Of a stretch of DNA of 48,440 bases, positions 18,080-28,311 are shown piece after piece (position 1 is the stretch's first letter; every line of letters begins with the position of its first letter). The stretch comes from Candidatus Heimdallarchaeota archaeon (GTDB lineage Archaea > Asgardarchaeota > Heimdallarchaeia > Heimdallarchaeales > Heimdallarchaeaceae), in contig JAEOTE010000063.1 in assembly GCA_016839945.1 (NCBI GenBank), positions 1 to 48,440 of the forward strand, written 5' to 3'. The notes beneath the pieces are model-generated. The model had not been told where the DNA came from, did not search any database, and saw only the letters and a program-made list of their open reading frames with translations. Made by a program: the position numbers and the translations under genes.

Positions 18080-19552
18080 TTATTTTTTCCTTCTTAGATA
18101 AACAATTGCCATTACTGGAGATAAAACAGCTACAATAATCAATAAGCTACTCACATCGAATCCTATAGTGAAAGTATTACCATTATTGTTTCCTGTTGGT
18201 TCTTCTCCTAAGCTTAACAGCTTGATTGGATGTACTACAAAGCGTGGTTTTCCATCCTTATCTTCTAAATCGAAGTAATTAGGACCACCTATTTCTGAAT
18301 TTTGAGCTAAGAGTATGTGTACGTATAGATATTTTCCAACTTCAAAATTCCAATCTCTTCCTAAAGGATCATTTGATTCTAAAGGTTTGCAGAATTCTAC
18401 TTTACGATAATTATCAGAGTAAGTAACATTACCTTCACCATTGCAAGAACCTCCAACTGATTCATCACTCATTGGTGTACTATAATCTCCTGGAAGAAAT
18501 CCGTCTCCATAATCATTTCCTAGCATTACAAAATCTGTACCATCAGTGTAGTTCAGCATATCAACTCCGTCACCTATAGCATATCCAACAAGATCAGTTT
18601 CTGTTTCTACTTCATCGTATAGTTCCAAGAAGAAATAGAAATTCACACCATCATGAAAGACTTTGAATTCAACATCAATAGTGGTAGTAGGATCCCATTG
18701 TCCAGAACTCCAATTAAAGTAAGATAAAATTATATCATATTTCATTGCGTCTGTCCATGCAGTTTCATCAGCTACTCCATCAATGGTAATAGTACTCTCG
18801 ATGTAAGGAGCTTCGAAATCTTTTCCTTCAATCCAATCTAGACCTTGACCTGGTTCAGAAGGATCTATATCAAGTGGTTTTCCTGCATAATGATCTATAT
18901 CTACTCGAATGTAGTGTGGTTTAGATCTATAGTTTGGTTCTCCACTGTCAGGATAAATTCCAATCCATGCTTGTATATCAACAGCAATAGGATCACCATT
19001 GTTTAACCAAATATCTTTTCCTGCACTGTCTCCAGAACGTAATTCTTTAGCACCTTCAAACCAAGTTCCATAGGTATTTGTATAGTTCAGATATGCATCT
19101 GTATTTTCATACCCTCCAATATCTGTATCAAGTTGTGGTCCTGTAGCATCACCATATGCAAGATCATGATAATAGTCGTAAATAGCAGCCATATGAATTC
19201 CATCATCATGACCATTCCCAAAGAAGTGTAAATCTGCTCCTTTGACATGACCTTTGGTTACTGGTATATACATATAGAAGAAGAGGTGTGTATCATTGTG
19301 TGCAAAGTTTATTATGACAGGTAAGAAATTTAGTTCATTATCTTTTTCAGTAATATTGAAAAATCTTTCATCTGCTACATTCCAATCCCAATTATATCCA
19401 TCTAAAATTAAACTTGGATTATAAGGAGCAACCATGCTTAAAGCTGGTGCTGGAATGGAATCAGCTGTTGTCAAAAAGAAATTTCCTATACCTAGCATGC
19501 TTATTCCAAAAAGGAGAATAACTCCTAAAGTTAGCATTTTTTTACTTTTCAT
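18080..19552 (-). CDS. secreted membrane-anchored protein with two CBM9/DOMON-like domains
   Basis: Signal peptide; LDG..W / IDG.ADE..W and H(N/D)..(L/F).F repeats; C-terminal IGF, TM segment and LRRKK. Confidence 0.65.
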   Translation of the reverse strand: MKSKKMLTLGVILLFGISMLGIGNFFLTTADSIPAPALSMVAPYNPSLILDGYNWDWNVADERFFNITEKDNELNFLPVIINFAHNDTHLFFYMYIPVTKGHVKGADLHFFGNGHDDGIHMAAIYDYYHDLAYGDATGPQLDTDIGGYENTDAYLNYTNTYGTWFEGAKELRSGDSAGKDIWLNNGDPIAVDIQAWIGIYPDSGEPNYRSKPHYIRVDIDHYAGKPLDIDPSEPGQGLDWIEGKDFEAPYIESTITIDGVADETAWTDAMKYDIILSYFNWSSGQWDPTTTIDVEFKVFHDGVNFYFFLELYDEVETETDLVGYAIGDGVDMLNYTDGTDFVMLGNDYGDGFLPGDYSTPMSDESVGGSCNGEGNVTYSDNYRKVEFCKPLESNDPLGRDWNFEVGKYLYVHILLAQNSEIGGPNYFDLEDKDGKPRFVVHPIKLLSLGEEPTGNNNGNTFTIGFDVSSLLIIVAVLSPVMAIVYLRRKK

Positions 19553-19624
19553 TTTTGAACCCCCAAAAATGTATCTAATATTAATTATCCTTTTTATAAT
19601 ATATATAAAATATGTTTGAGGAAA

Positions 19625-19645
19625 CTCGAACTTGCGTTGTTCGAG
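19625..19645. promoter_or_regulatory. inverted repeat CTCGAAC-N7-GTTCGAG in divergent promoter region
   Basis: Perfect 7-bp arms, GC-rich relative to the background. Confidence 0.4.
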
Positions 19646-19744
19646 ATAATTGGAATTTATTCGAAAACCTCGTTTCAGCTTTATTTGTTTATATAATAAC
19701 TTCTAAATGAACTTCTAACTAATGATCAAAGAATGGAATGAGTA

Positions 19745-20770
19745 ATGCGAATTCTAGCAACTGCTGATAGTCATTTTGGATATATCTATGGAAGGACAAC
19801 TCAAGCTAAAAACCTCATTACTCAACATTTCTTTAATTCTTTTGAAAACCTGTTAAAGATTGCGAGAAGAGAGAAGGTAGACTTGGTTCTTCATGGTGGG
19901 GATTTTTTTAACAGATCTAAACCAAAAAAGAAATTCATTGCTAAAGCATTCAATCTAGTTGCTAGACTTTCTGATGATGGAATCAACTTCATAGCAATCC
20001 CTGGGAATCATGATCGTTCTTATCTTCCAGACACATTGTTAAGCTATTTTAGAAAAAATATTCACTTCCTTAACACCTATTCAATCATTGAAATGAATGA
20101 CATAACTATCATTGGTTTTCCTTATTCAAACGATCCCGTTTCAGTTATGAACAAAATATCTAGATTTGCAGAAAACAATCCATCGAGGAAAATTATAATT
20201 CTCTGTCATCAATTGTTTGATGGTGCATCTTTTGGTCCTCATAATCATGTTTTTACAAAAAGACCTGATACACTCCTAACTTATCATCTTCCAAGCAATA
20301 TTAAATTTGTTATTAGCGGTCATATTCATAGAGCTCAAACGTTACAAAATAACAAAGTGTTTTACCCTGGCTCTATTGGACGAACCAGTTTCATGGAAAT
20401 AGTTGAACCGAAAGGATATCTAATATTCGAACTTGAAGACGATTTATATTCCACAAATTTTTATGAAATTCCAAGCATTCCTATGGAAGTCAAAGAAGTA
20501 GAAGTTAACAAAGCTGCACTCCTTTCTTCTGAACTAGAAAACACAGAAATCGATCCTGATGTTAGGTTCCTTTTAAGACTAATAGGCAGAAAATTAACTG
20601 ATAATGAAATCAAATATCTATGGGCTAAATATCCAGCCAAAGAATATCCACTTATGTCTTTTTCTCCTAAGAAACCTAATATGATGCTAAGGAATCTTTA
20701 TTCTAAAAATCAATCTTCTCTTTCTCCAAATATTAGCTACTACTATAACGGAGATAGAAATAATCCATAA
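19745..20770 (+). CDS. Mre11/SbcD-like metallophosphoesterase nuclease
   Basis: DSH, GDFFN, GNHD, HQ, GHIH, YPGS..RTSF.E..KGY. Confidence 0.88.
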   Translation: MRILATADSHFGYIYGRTTQAKNLITQHFFNSFENLLKIARREKVDLVLHGGDFFNRSKPKKKFIAKAFNLVARLSDDGINFIAIPGNHDRSYLPDTLLSYFRKNIHFLNTYSIIEMNDITIIGFPYSNDPVSVMNKISRFAENNPSRKIIILCHQLFDGASFGPHNHVFTKRPDTLLTYHLPSNIKFVISGHIHRAQTLQNNKVFYPGSIGRTSFMEIVEPKGYLIFELEDDLYSTNFYEIPSIPMEVKEVEVNKAALLSSELENTEIDPDVRFLLRLIGRKLTDNEIKYLWAKYPAKEYPLMSFSPKKPNMMLRNLYSKNQSSLSPNISYYYNGDRNNP

Positions 20771-22021
20771 CTGTAGTGATTTAGTTTCTCTAATTAGCGT
20801 GGTGTTATCAACTGGTTTCTTAAGAGGATATGGATCTTCAGAATTTGATATACCATCAATTTTATAGACTTTTTTCTCTCTGTTAGACCAATAGTTGCCC
20901 TGCCTCGAATCTTCATCATACCACATTGTATTCTTGCCATCATCAAGTGCTTGACTCGATCCCAAAATATTGTTGTCTATAAAATTGTTGTGGTGAAAAA
21001 CATTATATTCAGAGCTTTCTACTACTGTTGCACCGTATAATGAATTTTCAGTGAAATTATTAAAAACAATTTCACAGCTAATTGAACTAACTCCTAAGGT
21101 TATACCATTTTTATAATTTGAATCTAATGCGTTGTATTTAACTTGGATGAAATTTGATTTGTATATATTCAAACCATAATCATTTTCTAAACAAGTGTTA
21201 TTGTATACTTTGGTGCTGTAAGCTTCCCACACATTTATACCCTTAATATTCCTAATCAAAGTGTTATTAAAAATTAAAGAATTACTGGAATAATCATATA
21301 ACCATATCCCATTATATTTATTATTAATACATAAGTTATTTTTAATTAGAGAATTGGGTGAATTTAACATATAGATTCCATCTGTAGCACCAACTGTACA
21401 ATAATTATTAATCAAAGATGTAAATGGAGAAGATTCAATTGCTATGCATGCTCCACCTATTCCCAAACCAGTACCTACTACTATATTATTTTCTATGAGA
21501 GTATAAGGACAAACATTTAGAGAAATACCTGATTGATAATGATTAATAATTGTGTTATTATAGATTGATAGATTAGAGCTATCAACAATCCTTATCCCAA
21601 AGCTATTACTATTGAATATGTGATTAGATCTAACAATAGCTGTAAATTCTGTGACATTATGAAGGAATATACAATCATCTTGCATTTCAATATAACAATT
21701 TTCAATCACAAAAAACTTTGTTGTATGTTTAACTGATATTCCTCTCCCAGTACCTAAATGTGAAATATTTAGATTCGAAATAATATATGGACTTTCAGAT
21801 GTTCCACTTCCCAAAAAACTGTAATCAGAAAAATTTGAATCACAGTTAATTTCGATTTTCTCATGTGGGATCCAATTTGTATTATGTTGCTGTACAACAT
21901 GAATAGAACTGATTTCCTTATCATCCTGAAATAATGGATGTTGTGAATAACATAACATTGGTAACAAGAGTAATGTAATCAGTCCAACAAAAAATATTCT
22001 TCTCATGTTAATAAGCACCAA
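20687..22021 (-). CDS. secreted NosD/CASH right-handed beta-helix protein with C-terminal anchor
   Basis: G.GT..PYII, repeated I.NN..GI coils, GNYWS..D.YPL, then TM and RKRR. Confidence 0.82.
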   Translation of the reverse strand: MVLINMRRIFFVGLITLLLLPMLCYSQHPLFQDDKEISSIHVVQQHNTNWIPHEKIEINCDSNFSDYSFLGSGTSESPYIISNLNISHLGTGRGISVKHTTKFFVIENCYIEMQDDCIFLHNVTEFTAIVRSNHIFNSNSFGIRIVDSSNLSIYNNTIINHYQSGISLNVCPYTLIENNIVVGTGLGIGGACIAIESSPFTSLINNYCTVGATDGIYMLNSPNSLIKNNLCINNKYNGIWLYDYSSNSLIFNNTLIRNIKGINVWEAYSTKVYNNTCLENDYGLNIYKSNFIQVKYNALDSNYKNGITLGVSSISCEIVFNNFTENSLYGATVVESSEYNVFHHNNFIDNNILGSSQALDDGKNTMWYDEDSRQGNYWSNREKKVYKIDGISNSEDPYPLKKPVDNTTLIRETKSLQLWIISISVIVVANIWRKRRLIFRIKIP

Positions 22022-22097
22022 TACTCACTTCGTAATTTTTGTTTCTACTATCAATCATCTCTGTTTAAACACTTATATAATTATCAAAATGTTAGTT

Positions 22098-22856
22098 TTA
22101 ATCACCATTTTTTATTAAATAACGATATCTATAGCATTCTTTCATTCCTATTTTTGAATATAGTTTTATCGCTCCAAAATTATCTGCTTCAACTTGAAGG
22201 TAAATCTTTTTCACATTGTCTTTCTTCCCTTTTTCAATCATTTTTACAAGTATTGATTTAGCTATTCCTTGTCTTCTAAATTCTGGATGAGTAAACATGT
22301 TGTATATAACCATGAAATCTCTTTCAGTAACAGTTAGTCCAACAGCTATAGGTTCTTCCTCTACAGCTGTAAAAAAACAAGGTTTTGGATCTGTTAATCT
22401 TTGTATTATTTTCTTCATTCCTTCTATTCTACTAGAACCTTCAGGACTAATGGTTTTGAAGTCATTAATCCAACTATCCAAATCTGTTTCAGAAGATATA
22501 TAGTTAAAATTAGAATTTACTGGAATATCTAATATTTTATCAATTTTTGCAATCATAACAATTGTTTCATCTATTTCCTTATAATCACATTCAATTAAAA
22601 AATCAAATAGGTTGGAAGGCTGATAATAATCTGCAAGTTGAAATATTGTAGGTAAGTTGTTTTGTCTATAAATTCTTTCTACATTTTCTACATCCTTTCT
22701 CAAATCTTCACCTTCATATTTCAAAGGTGAAACACTATTCGCTCTTTTAGTAACTCCCTCAGAGATTCTTAACTTCCATCCATTTAGTGTAATCATTGAT
22801 TTAGATGGCCAAGAATTTGTAGATAGTTCCTGATAAAGTGCAACTTGCTCTTTCAT
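22098..22856 (-). CDS. GNAT acetyltransferase
   Basis: KRANS N-terminal motif, HPEFRRQGIA, LQV...N..A..LY...G. Confidence 0.88.
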   Translation of the reverse strand: MKEQVALYQELSTNSWPSKSMITLNGWKLRISEGVTKRANSVSPLKYEGEDLRKDVENVERIYRQNNLPTIFQLADYYQPSNLFDFLIECDYKEIDETIVMIAKIDKILDIPVNSNFNYISSETDLDSWINDFKTISPEGSSRIEGMKKIIQRLTDPKPCFFTAVEEEPIAVGLTVTERDFMVIYNMFTHPEFRRQGIAKSILVKMIEKGKKDNVKKIYLQVEADNFGAIKLYSKIGMKECYRYRYLIKNGD

Positions 22857-22929
22857 TTGCAGATATAAAGTTTAGAACGTTATAAAACTAGTGAAATGAA
22901 GATGCAGTAGTATAAAAAGAAGAAATTTT

Positions 22930-22983
22930 AGAGCTTTGACCAATCATACTGGTAAAAACCCTTTGATTATTATCAAAAGCTCT
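22930..22983. other. intergenic extended hairpin
   Basis: Nested arms AGAGCTTT/AAAGCTCT, AATCA/TGATT and GGT-aaaa-ACC. Confidence 0.35.
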
Positions 22984-23144
22984 TTCTTATTTAGAAAGAA
23001 TTGAGTATATAAACTAAAATAATACTAAATCCTAGATTTTTTTAATTATAAATCATTAATACTGTCATTAATTTTTGTTTCTAGAAATGTTTATTAGTTT
23101 TCTTGAGATTGTTATATAATAAATCCAAACTAGTGATTTATTTC

Positions 23145-23999
23145 ATGTGTGTAAAAACAAAATACTATATTAGTTTTCTAGAAATAATATTAGTAGTCTC
23201 TGTTTTAATTTTCCCATGTTTTTTACAAGTGACTAATGCAAATCCTTTAGCATTTGTAGATTGGGAATATGGTATATATCTTCCTCTTAATTCCTCTGAG
23301 GGAATTGAAATGTTGGATTCTCTTGTAAAATTTAGTGTTTTCACAGAGAGAAATCATAATGTGTATGTTAACTTCGAAGGTGATTACTCTTACTTTAATA
23401 CAAATGATACAAAAATACTTTTAATTGGAGCTCCCTTTAGAATCAACTTTAATACACTTTCTCCAAGAATGAAGGTATATGTTAATGGTTTAGAAATCAA
23501 CTTCGAGATAATTAAATTATCAGGAAGTGAATTAGAACCCTTTAAAACCTATTTTGATGCTATCAGTACAACTCATTTCATTTTATGTAATGTTACTTTT
23601 TCATCAAATCAAATTACTACATTAAAATATGTTTTTTCAGTCACAATTCAAGCGAATTTCCATTGGAATGGTGTAAATTATTTTGTTGGTACTGCAAACT
23701 CATGGAAAGACCAAGATGTATTTAATGAATCAGTAGAATTTTACGTAACCGGTATTCAACCTCATGAATATACAGATGGATGTATAATTTCAAAAATTGT
23801 TGGTGGAAAATCATATATTTGGTCTTGGGAAAATGAACCTATTTCGGTTAGCAAAGTAGGAATATCTTACTATTTTGATAGATTCAATTCAGGTAGGTTA
23901 GCTTGGATGATTCTTGTACCAACAATAAGTCTAATTTCACTTATTCTGTTACCTCTCTTGATAGTTAAATTAATTAAAAAAAGAAAAATGATAGCTTAG
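23145..23999 (+). CDS. secreted membrane-anchored beta-rich hypothetical protein
   Basis: Signal peptide ending ANP, Y..GTA.SW, C-terminal TM and KKRK. ATG at 23145 preferred over TTG at 23103. Confidence 0.7.
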   Translation: MCVKTKYYISFLEIILVVSVLIFPCFLQVTNANPLAFVDWEYGIYLPLNSSEGIEMLDSLVKFSVFTERNHNVYVNFEGDYSYFNTNDTKILLIGAPFRINFNTLSPRMKVYVNGLEINFEIIKLSGSELEPFKTYFDAISTTHFILCNVTFSSNQITTLKYVFSVTIQANFHWNGVNYFVGTANSWKDQDVFNESVEFYVTGIQPHEYTDGCIISKIVGGKSYIWSWENEPISVSKVGISYYFDRFNSGRLAWMILVPTISLISLILLPLLIVKLIKKRKMIA

Positions 24000-24053
24000 A
24001 AAGCTTATCTTTTTTACTATAAGTTTAAATCTCAGTTTTGTTAAAGATTTTTT

Positions 24054-24878
24054 ATGACCAATATTCTAAGAAATCCTTCTCTTGATCAAATCAAACAAGC
24101 AGTTGAACTTAACATGCATGATTTCTTCAGCATAAAAGAAAAAGAAGTAGAAGGTTCCAGTATCAATTTCATAAAAACAGAAAATTATTCACTTCTAGAT
24201 GGGAATCTACCTTTTACTATTGCAAATATGGTTTATCATACAAAGATTCCTTCTGATATGTTGGAGGAAAAAATAGAAGAAATTATTAGTTATTTTGAAA
24301 GTAGAAACCATCCATTCTTTCTTATGACAGGTTCAATTACAAAACCAGAGAATTTAGCAGAAATATTGTCATCAAAATACAATTTTAGGCAAAATCCAAT
24401 GCCTGGAATGTATATTGAATTATCTAAAATCAAAGAAGTAAAAGAAATAGAAAAACTGAAAATTGTGAAAGTCACTAAAAAAGAGCAATTTGATATATGG
24501 AATGATATCTTAATTGAATCATTTAGTTTTCCTAAAGATATTATGGAAAATTTCTTCCTAGATTTTCTTGATCATAAAGATGTAAGTAATTATAATGCGT
24601 TTCTTGGATATTATCAAGAAAAACCTGCAGCAGTTTCTTTAGTATGTTATAATTCAGGAGTTGCTGGAATTTATTGTGTGGGAACAATTGAAGAAGCAAG
24701 AGGAAAAGGAATTGGAACTGTATTGACACACACAGCCTTAGTAGATGCAAAAAAAAGAGGATATGAGATTGCAATTTTACAGTCTTCTGAAATGGGTTAT
24801 GGAGTTTATGAAAAAATGGGTTTTAAAGAAGTATGCAAAATGCTTTCTTTAAGTTGGAATCCAAAGAAAGAAGAATAA
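24054..24878 (+). CDS. GNAT acetyltransferase
   Basis: AGIYCVGT..ARGKGIG, LQSSEMG..VY..MGF. Confidence 0.88.
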   Translation: MTNILRNPSLDQIKQAVELNMHDFFSIKEKEVEGSSINFIKTENYSLLDGNLPFTIANMVYHTKIPSDMLEEKIEEIISYFESRNHPFFLMTGSITKPENLAEILSSKYNFRQNPMPGMYIELSKIKEVKEIEKLKIVKVTKKEQFDIWNDILIESFSFPKDIMENFFLDFLDHKDVSNYNAFLGYYQEKPAAVSLVCYNSGVAGIYCVGTIEEARGKGIGTVLTHTALVDAKKRGYEIAILQSSEMGYGVYEKMGFKEVCKMLSLSWNPKKEE

Positions 24879-24924
24879 AAAAGAATTAGAATATTTCTAA
24901 TCTTAAATAGTTGATATTCAAAAA

Positions 24925-25479
24925 TTATATAGACTCTAGAGATTCATTAATATCCTTTTCTTGATTCTTAAAATCTTCATCTGTCATTCTTTTCGACTTA
25001 AGCTTCTTAACGAGTTTTGGATTAAATGTCCAGATATCATTCCATATAAAATTACTAATTAATCCTGCATAGAACGCTATGGTCATTGATAGATATTGGT
25101 TCCAAAGTAAAGTTCCATGTAATCCCATCATTATCCCACTATAGATACCATATCCCACAACACCTATGATGACAAATTGGAAAAACTGATAGAATGTATT
25201 AGAGTGAAATTCCTCCCCTTTGAATGTCCAGATTTTGTTCATGATGAATGTAAAAACAACAACTACAACCATGGATATGAGAGATGCTATCACTCCTTGA
25301 TTTATAGTAAAAATCCAAAATTTCAAGTTTATATATTTTACAACCGTTTGGTCTAGCAACATATCAAGAAGAAATAGTAACAAGAAGTTCAATCCCCAAC
25401 CTACAGTACCAATTAATGCGAATTTTGCGAATCTTTTACCTCTCTTAGAGGAGAAAAACTTCTCTTTGTCACTTTCCAT
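24925..25479 (-). CDS. GtrA-family membrane protein
   Basis: KFALIG, F.MNKIWTF and NF.WN..WTF; four TM segments. Confidence 0.85.
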   Translation of the reverse strand: MESDKEKFFSSKRGKRFAKFALIGTVGWGLNFLLLFLLDMLLDQTVVKYINLKFWIFTINQGVIASLISMVVVVVFTFIMNKIWTFKGEEFHSNTFYQFFQFVIIGVVGYGIYSGIMMGLHGTLLWNQYLSMTIAFYAGLISNFIWNDIWTFNPKLVKKLKSKRMTDEDFKNQEKDINESLESI

Positions 25480-25528
25480 TACAGACCCTTCTTCAAATTC
25501 ATAAAAAAATAATAAAAAAAGAAGAGAT

Positions 25529-26800
25529 TTAGAATATTTCTAATTCCTTACCTAATTTCTCAAATGTTCCCAAAGCTAAATCAAGGTCGTCTTTAGTAAG
25601 ACCTGCATTCATCATTACACGTATTCGGGCTGTTCCTCTTGGAACCATTGGAAAAGTAATAGGTAATGCAAAGATTCCTTCGTCTTTAAGTCTGTCACTC
25701 ATTTTCTTTGCTACTTCATTTTCACCACAGATTATAGGAACAATGGCAGTTGGACATTTAGCTGAAGCAGCTGTAATTTCATGATTGAAACCAATATTGA
25801 CTATTTCATTCTTGAAGTAGTTACAATTATCTAGAAGTTTTTCAACAACAGGTATGAAGTGTTCAGAATCTGGATCTAACAATTCCAAAGCTCCAATTGC
25901 TGCTCCTGCAACTGCTGGTGGTTGACTCCCTGAAAGTAAGTAAGATCGACCAGTGTTTCGGAGGAAGTTGATTAAATGTTTAGAACCTACAATAGCTCCA
26001 CCAACAACACCCATAGCCTTACTATAAGTGTTCATCTCAACTTGTACCTTGCCTTGAAGTCCGAAGTGATCAACAATACCTTTGCCTTTCTTATTTCGAC
26101 CTAAAACTCCATCACCATGAGCATCGTCAACAAAAATCATAGCTCCATATTCTTCACTTAGTTTCTGGATTTCATCTAGAGGTGCCATATCCCCATCCAT
26201 ACTGAAAACACCATCTGTGATTACAAGAATTCTTTTCTCTCTATTTTTATCAGCAGCATCTGCTTCTCTTAATCTATCTTCAAGACTCCCCATGTCTACG
26301 TGATCATATATTGTTCTAACAGTTTTTGTTAGACGAACTCCATCAATAATAGAACCATGGTTTAGTTGATCTGAAATTATGAAATCATCTCTTCTTACTA
26401 GGGGAGGAATTGCTCCTTCATTAGCAATAAAACCACTCATCCAAACAATAGATGCTTCTTGTTCCTTGAAATCAGCATGCTTTTGTTCCCATTCCTCATG
26501 AATTGCCATGTTTCCTGCAATTGCGCGAACTGATCCTGAACCTGCACCGTATTTTTCTACTGCCTCTATTGCTTTTTTCTTTAAATGAAGGTGATTCGCT
26601 AAATTTAGATAATTGTTTGAACATAGCATTAGTAGATCTTCCCCATCTACCTTTACTTTGGTTTCAGAGGGAGTCTCTAATTTTCTATGTACCCACTCTC
26701 TACCTTCCTTCTGTATTTGTTTATATTCTTCTTTCAAAAATTTTGTAGGATGTCTCTTTGTCATACTAACACCTTTTACTCTACGCTTGATAAAACCCAT
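25529..26800 (-). CDS. class II PLP enzyme, glycine C-acetyltransferase (Kbl)/BioF family
   Basis: SNNYL, NHGSIIDG, DGVFSMDGD, DDAHG, TYSKA (PLP Lys intact), ARIR. Confidence 0.9.
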   Translation of the reverse strand: MGFIKRRVKGVSMTKRHPTKFLKEEYKQIQKEGREWVHRKLETPSETKVKVDGEDLLMLCSNNYLNLANHLHLKKKAIEAVEKYGAGSGSVRAIAGNMAIHEEWEQKHADFKEQEASIVWMSGFIANEGAIPPLVRRDDFIISDQLNHGSIIDGVRLTKTVRTIYDHVDMGSLEDRLREADAADKNREKRILVITDGVFSMDGDMAPLDEIQKLSEEYGAMIFVDDAHGDGVLGRNKKGKGIVDHFGLQGKVQVEMNTYSKAMGVVGGAIVGSKHLINFLRNTGRSYLLSGSQPPAVAGAAIGALELLDPDSEHFIPVVEKLLDNCNYFKNEIVNIGFNHEITAASAKCPTAIVPIICGENEVAKKMSDRLKDEGIFALPITFPMVPRGTARIRVMMNAGLTKDDLDLALGTFEKLGKELEIF

Positions 26801-26925
26801 TCCTTTTTATTTTTTACTCTATCAATTCAATGAAAATTCAATTATTTATGCAAAAATCTTAATTACAGCAAAAATTTTTATATTTAAGATTATAAACAAA
26901 TCACAAGCCTATAAAGTTGAGAACA

Positions 26926-28176
26926 ATGGTTTCAGTTAAATATCAAAATATTGGTTGTGCATATGATGATTTTATTGTGGTTCAAGGATTTGATTTAGAA
27001 ATACCTCATGGAACTATAACTACTCTTCTAGGACCTTCTGGGTGCGGTAAAACCACCGTTTTAAGAGCTCTAGCAGGTTTTGTAGAACCTTTTGAAGGTA
27101 ACGTGTTTCTGGGTGATAAGGATATTACAGTTCTTCCTCCTCAAAACAGAAACACAGCGATGATCTTTCAAAATTATGCTTTATGGCCTCATCTTACAAT
27201 CTTTAAAAATGTCGAATATGGATTAAAATTAAGAGAAAGTGAAGAGCAAGCAACCCTAGAAGCACCTTGGTATAGTAAGATTTTTTGGATGACAAAGCCA
27301 TATTACTGGATAAAGAAAATTCCTTATAAAATAGGAACATTTTTTGCTAGATTTAAAAAATCTACTGAATCTAAAGAACCACCCACTACTTATGTGGAAA
27401 AGAAAGCTGCTATTGATAAGAAATATGATTACAGAAGGAAGAAAGTGTTTGATGTACTAAAACTAGTTCATCTTGAAGATCAAGCAGACAAATTACCTAC
27501 ACAATTATCAGGAGGGCAACAACAAAGAATAGCGTTATGTAGAGCAATTGTTGTTGAACCTGATGTACTTCTCTGTGATGAACCTCTCTCTAATTTAGAT
27601 GCTAAACTAAGAAGAGAAATTCGAACAGAAATCCGCTCTATTATAAAGAAAATAGGTATGACAACCGTGTATGTGACACATGATCAAGAAGAAGCTCTTG
27701 CAATAAGTGATAGAATAGCAGTTCTTCATGAAGGGATAATTCAACAATATGGCACCCCTACAGAAGTTTTTTCAGATCCTCAAACTCTCTTTGTTGCACA
27801 ATTTATTGGATCTTCGAGTACTCTGACAGGTAAAGTTGTAGGTAAGAATGAAGCTATATTAGAAAGTGGAGAGACTATTAAATATATAATTAAAGAGGAT
27901 ATCCCTACAGGTACTAGTGTAAGTCTAGTTATTAGACCTGAAAATATACTCTTAGATTCTAAAACAGAGTGCCCTATTGAATATCAAATCAATACAATTG
28001 AATATTTAGGTACAGAAGTTAAAATGACTGGAACTCTGAAAGATGGTACAATTATGCTAGTAGATGTTTTAGAAGATGCTGAAAAATATGCAAAGATGAA
28101 TGTAGGTGACAATGTTACTGGCTACTTAATTCCAGAAGAAGTGTTTGTTTTCGTTGATGGAAAAAGAGTTTATTGA
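26926..28176 (+). CDS. ABC importer ATPase (PotA/FbpC/MalK-like) with TOBE domain and an internal insertion
   Basis: GPSGCGKT, FQNYAL, LSGGQQQR, DEPLSNLD, VTHDQEEA. Likely start is ATG 26926. Confidence 0.92.
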   Translation: MVSVKYQNIGCAYDDFIVVQGFDLEIPHGTITTLLGPSGCGKTTVLRALAGFVEPFEGNVFLGDKDITVLPPQNRNTAMIFQNYALWPHLTIFKNVEYGLKLRESEEQATLEAPWYSKIFWMTKPYYWIKKIPYKIGTFFARFKKSTESKEPPTTYVEKKAAIDKKYDYRRKKVFDVLKLVHLEDQADKLPTQLSGGQQQRIALCRAIVVEPDVLLCDEPLSNLDAKLRREIRTEIRSIIKKIGMTTVYVTHDQEEALAISDRIAVLHEGIIQQYGTPTEVFSDPQTLFVAQFIGSSSTLTGKVVGKNEAILESGETIKYIIKEDIPTGTSVSLVIRPENILLDSKTECPIEYQINTIEYLGTEVKMTGTLKDGTIMLVDVLEDAEKYAKMNVGDNVTGYLIPEEVFVFVDGKRVY

Positions 28177-28311
28177 TAACATCCAACTTTCATTTTTTCT
28201 TATTCTATCTTTTAATGTAATCTATTATTTTCATTATTTCTCAAATAAAATTAAAAACAAACATTTTTGATAAGATTTTTAATCTGGTTATCATATTTTT
28301 TTTCGATAAAA

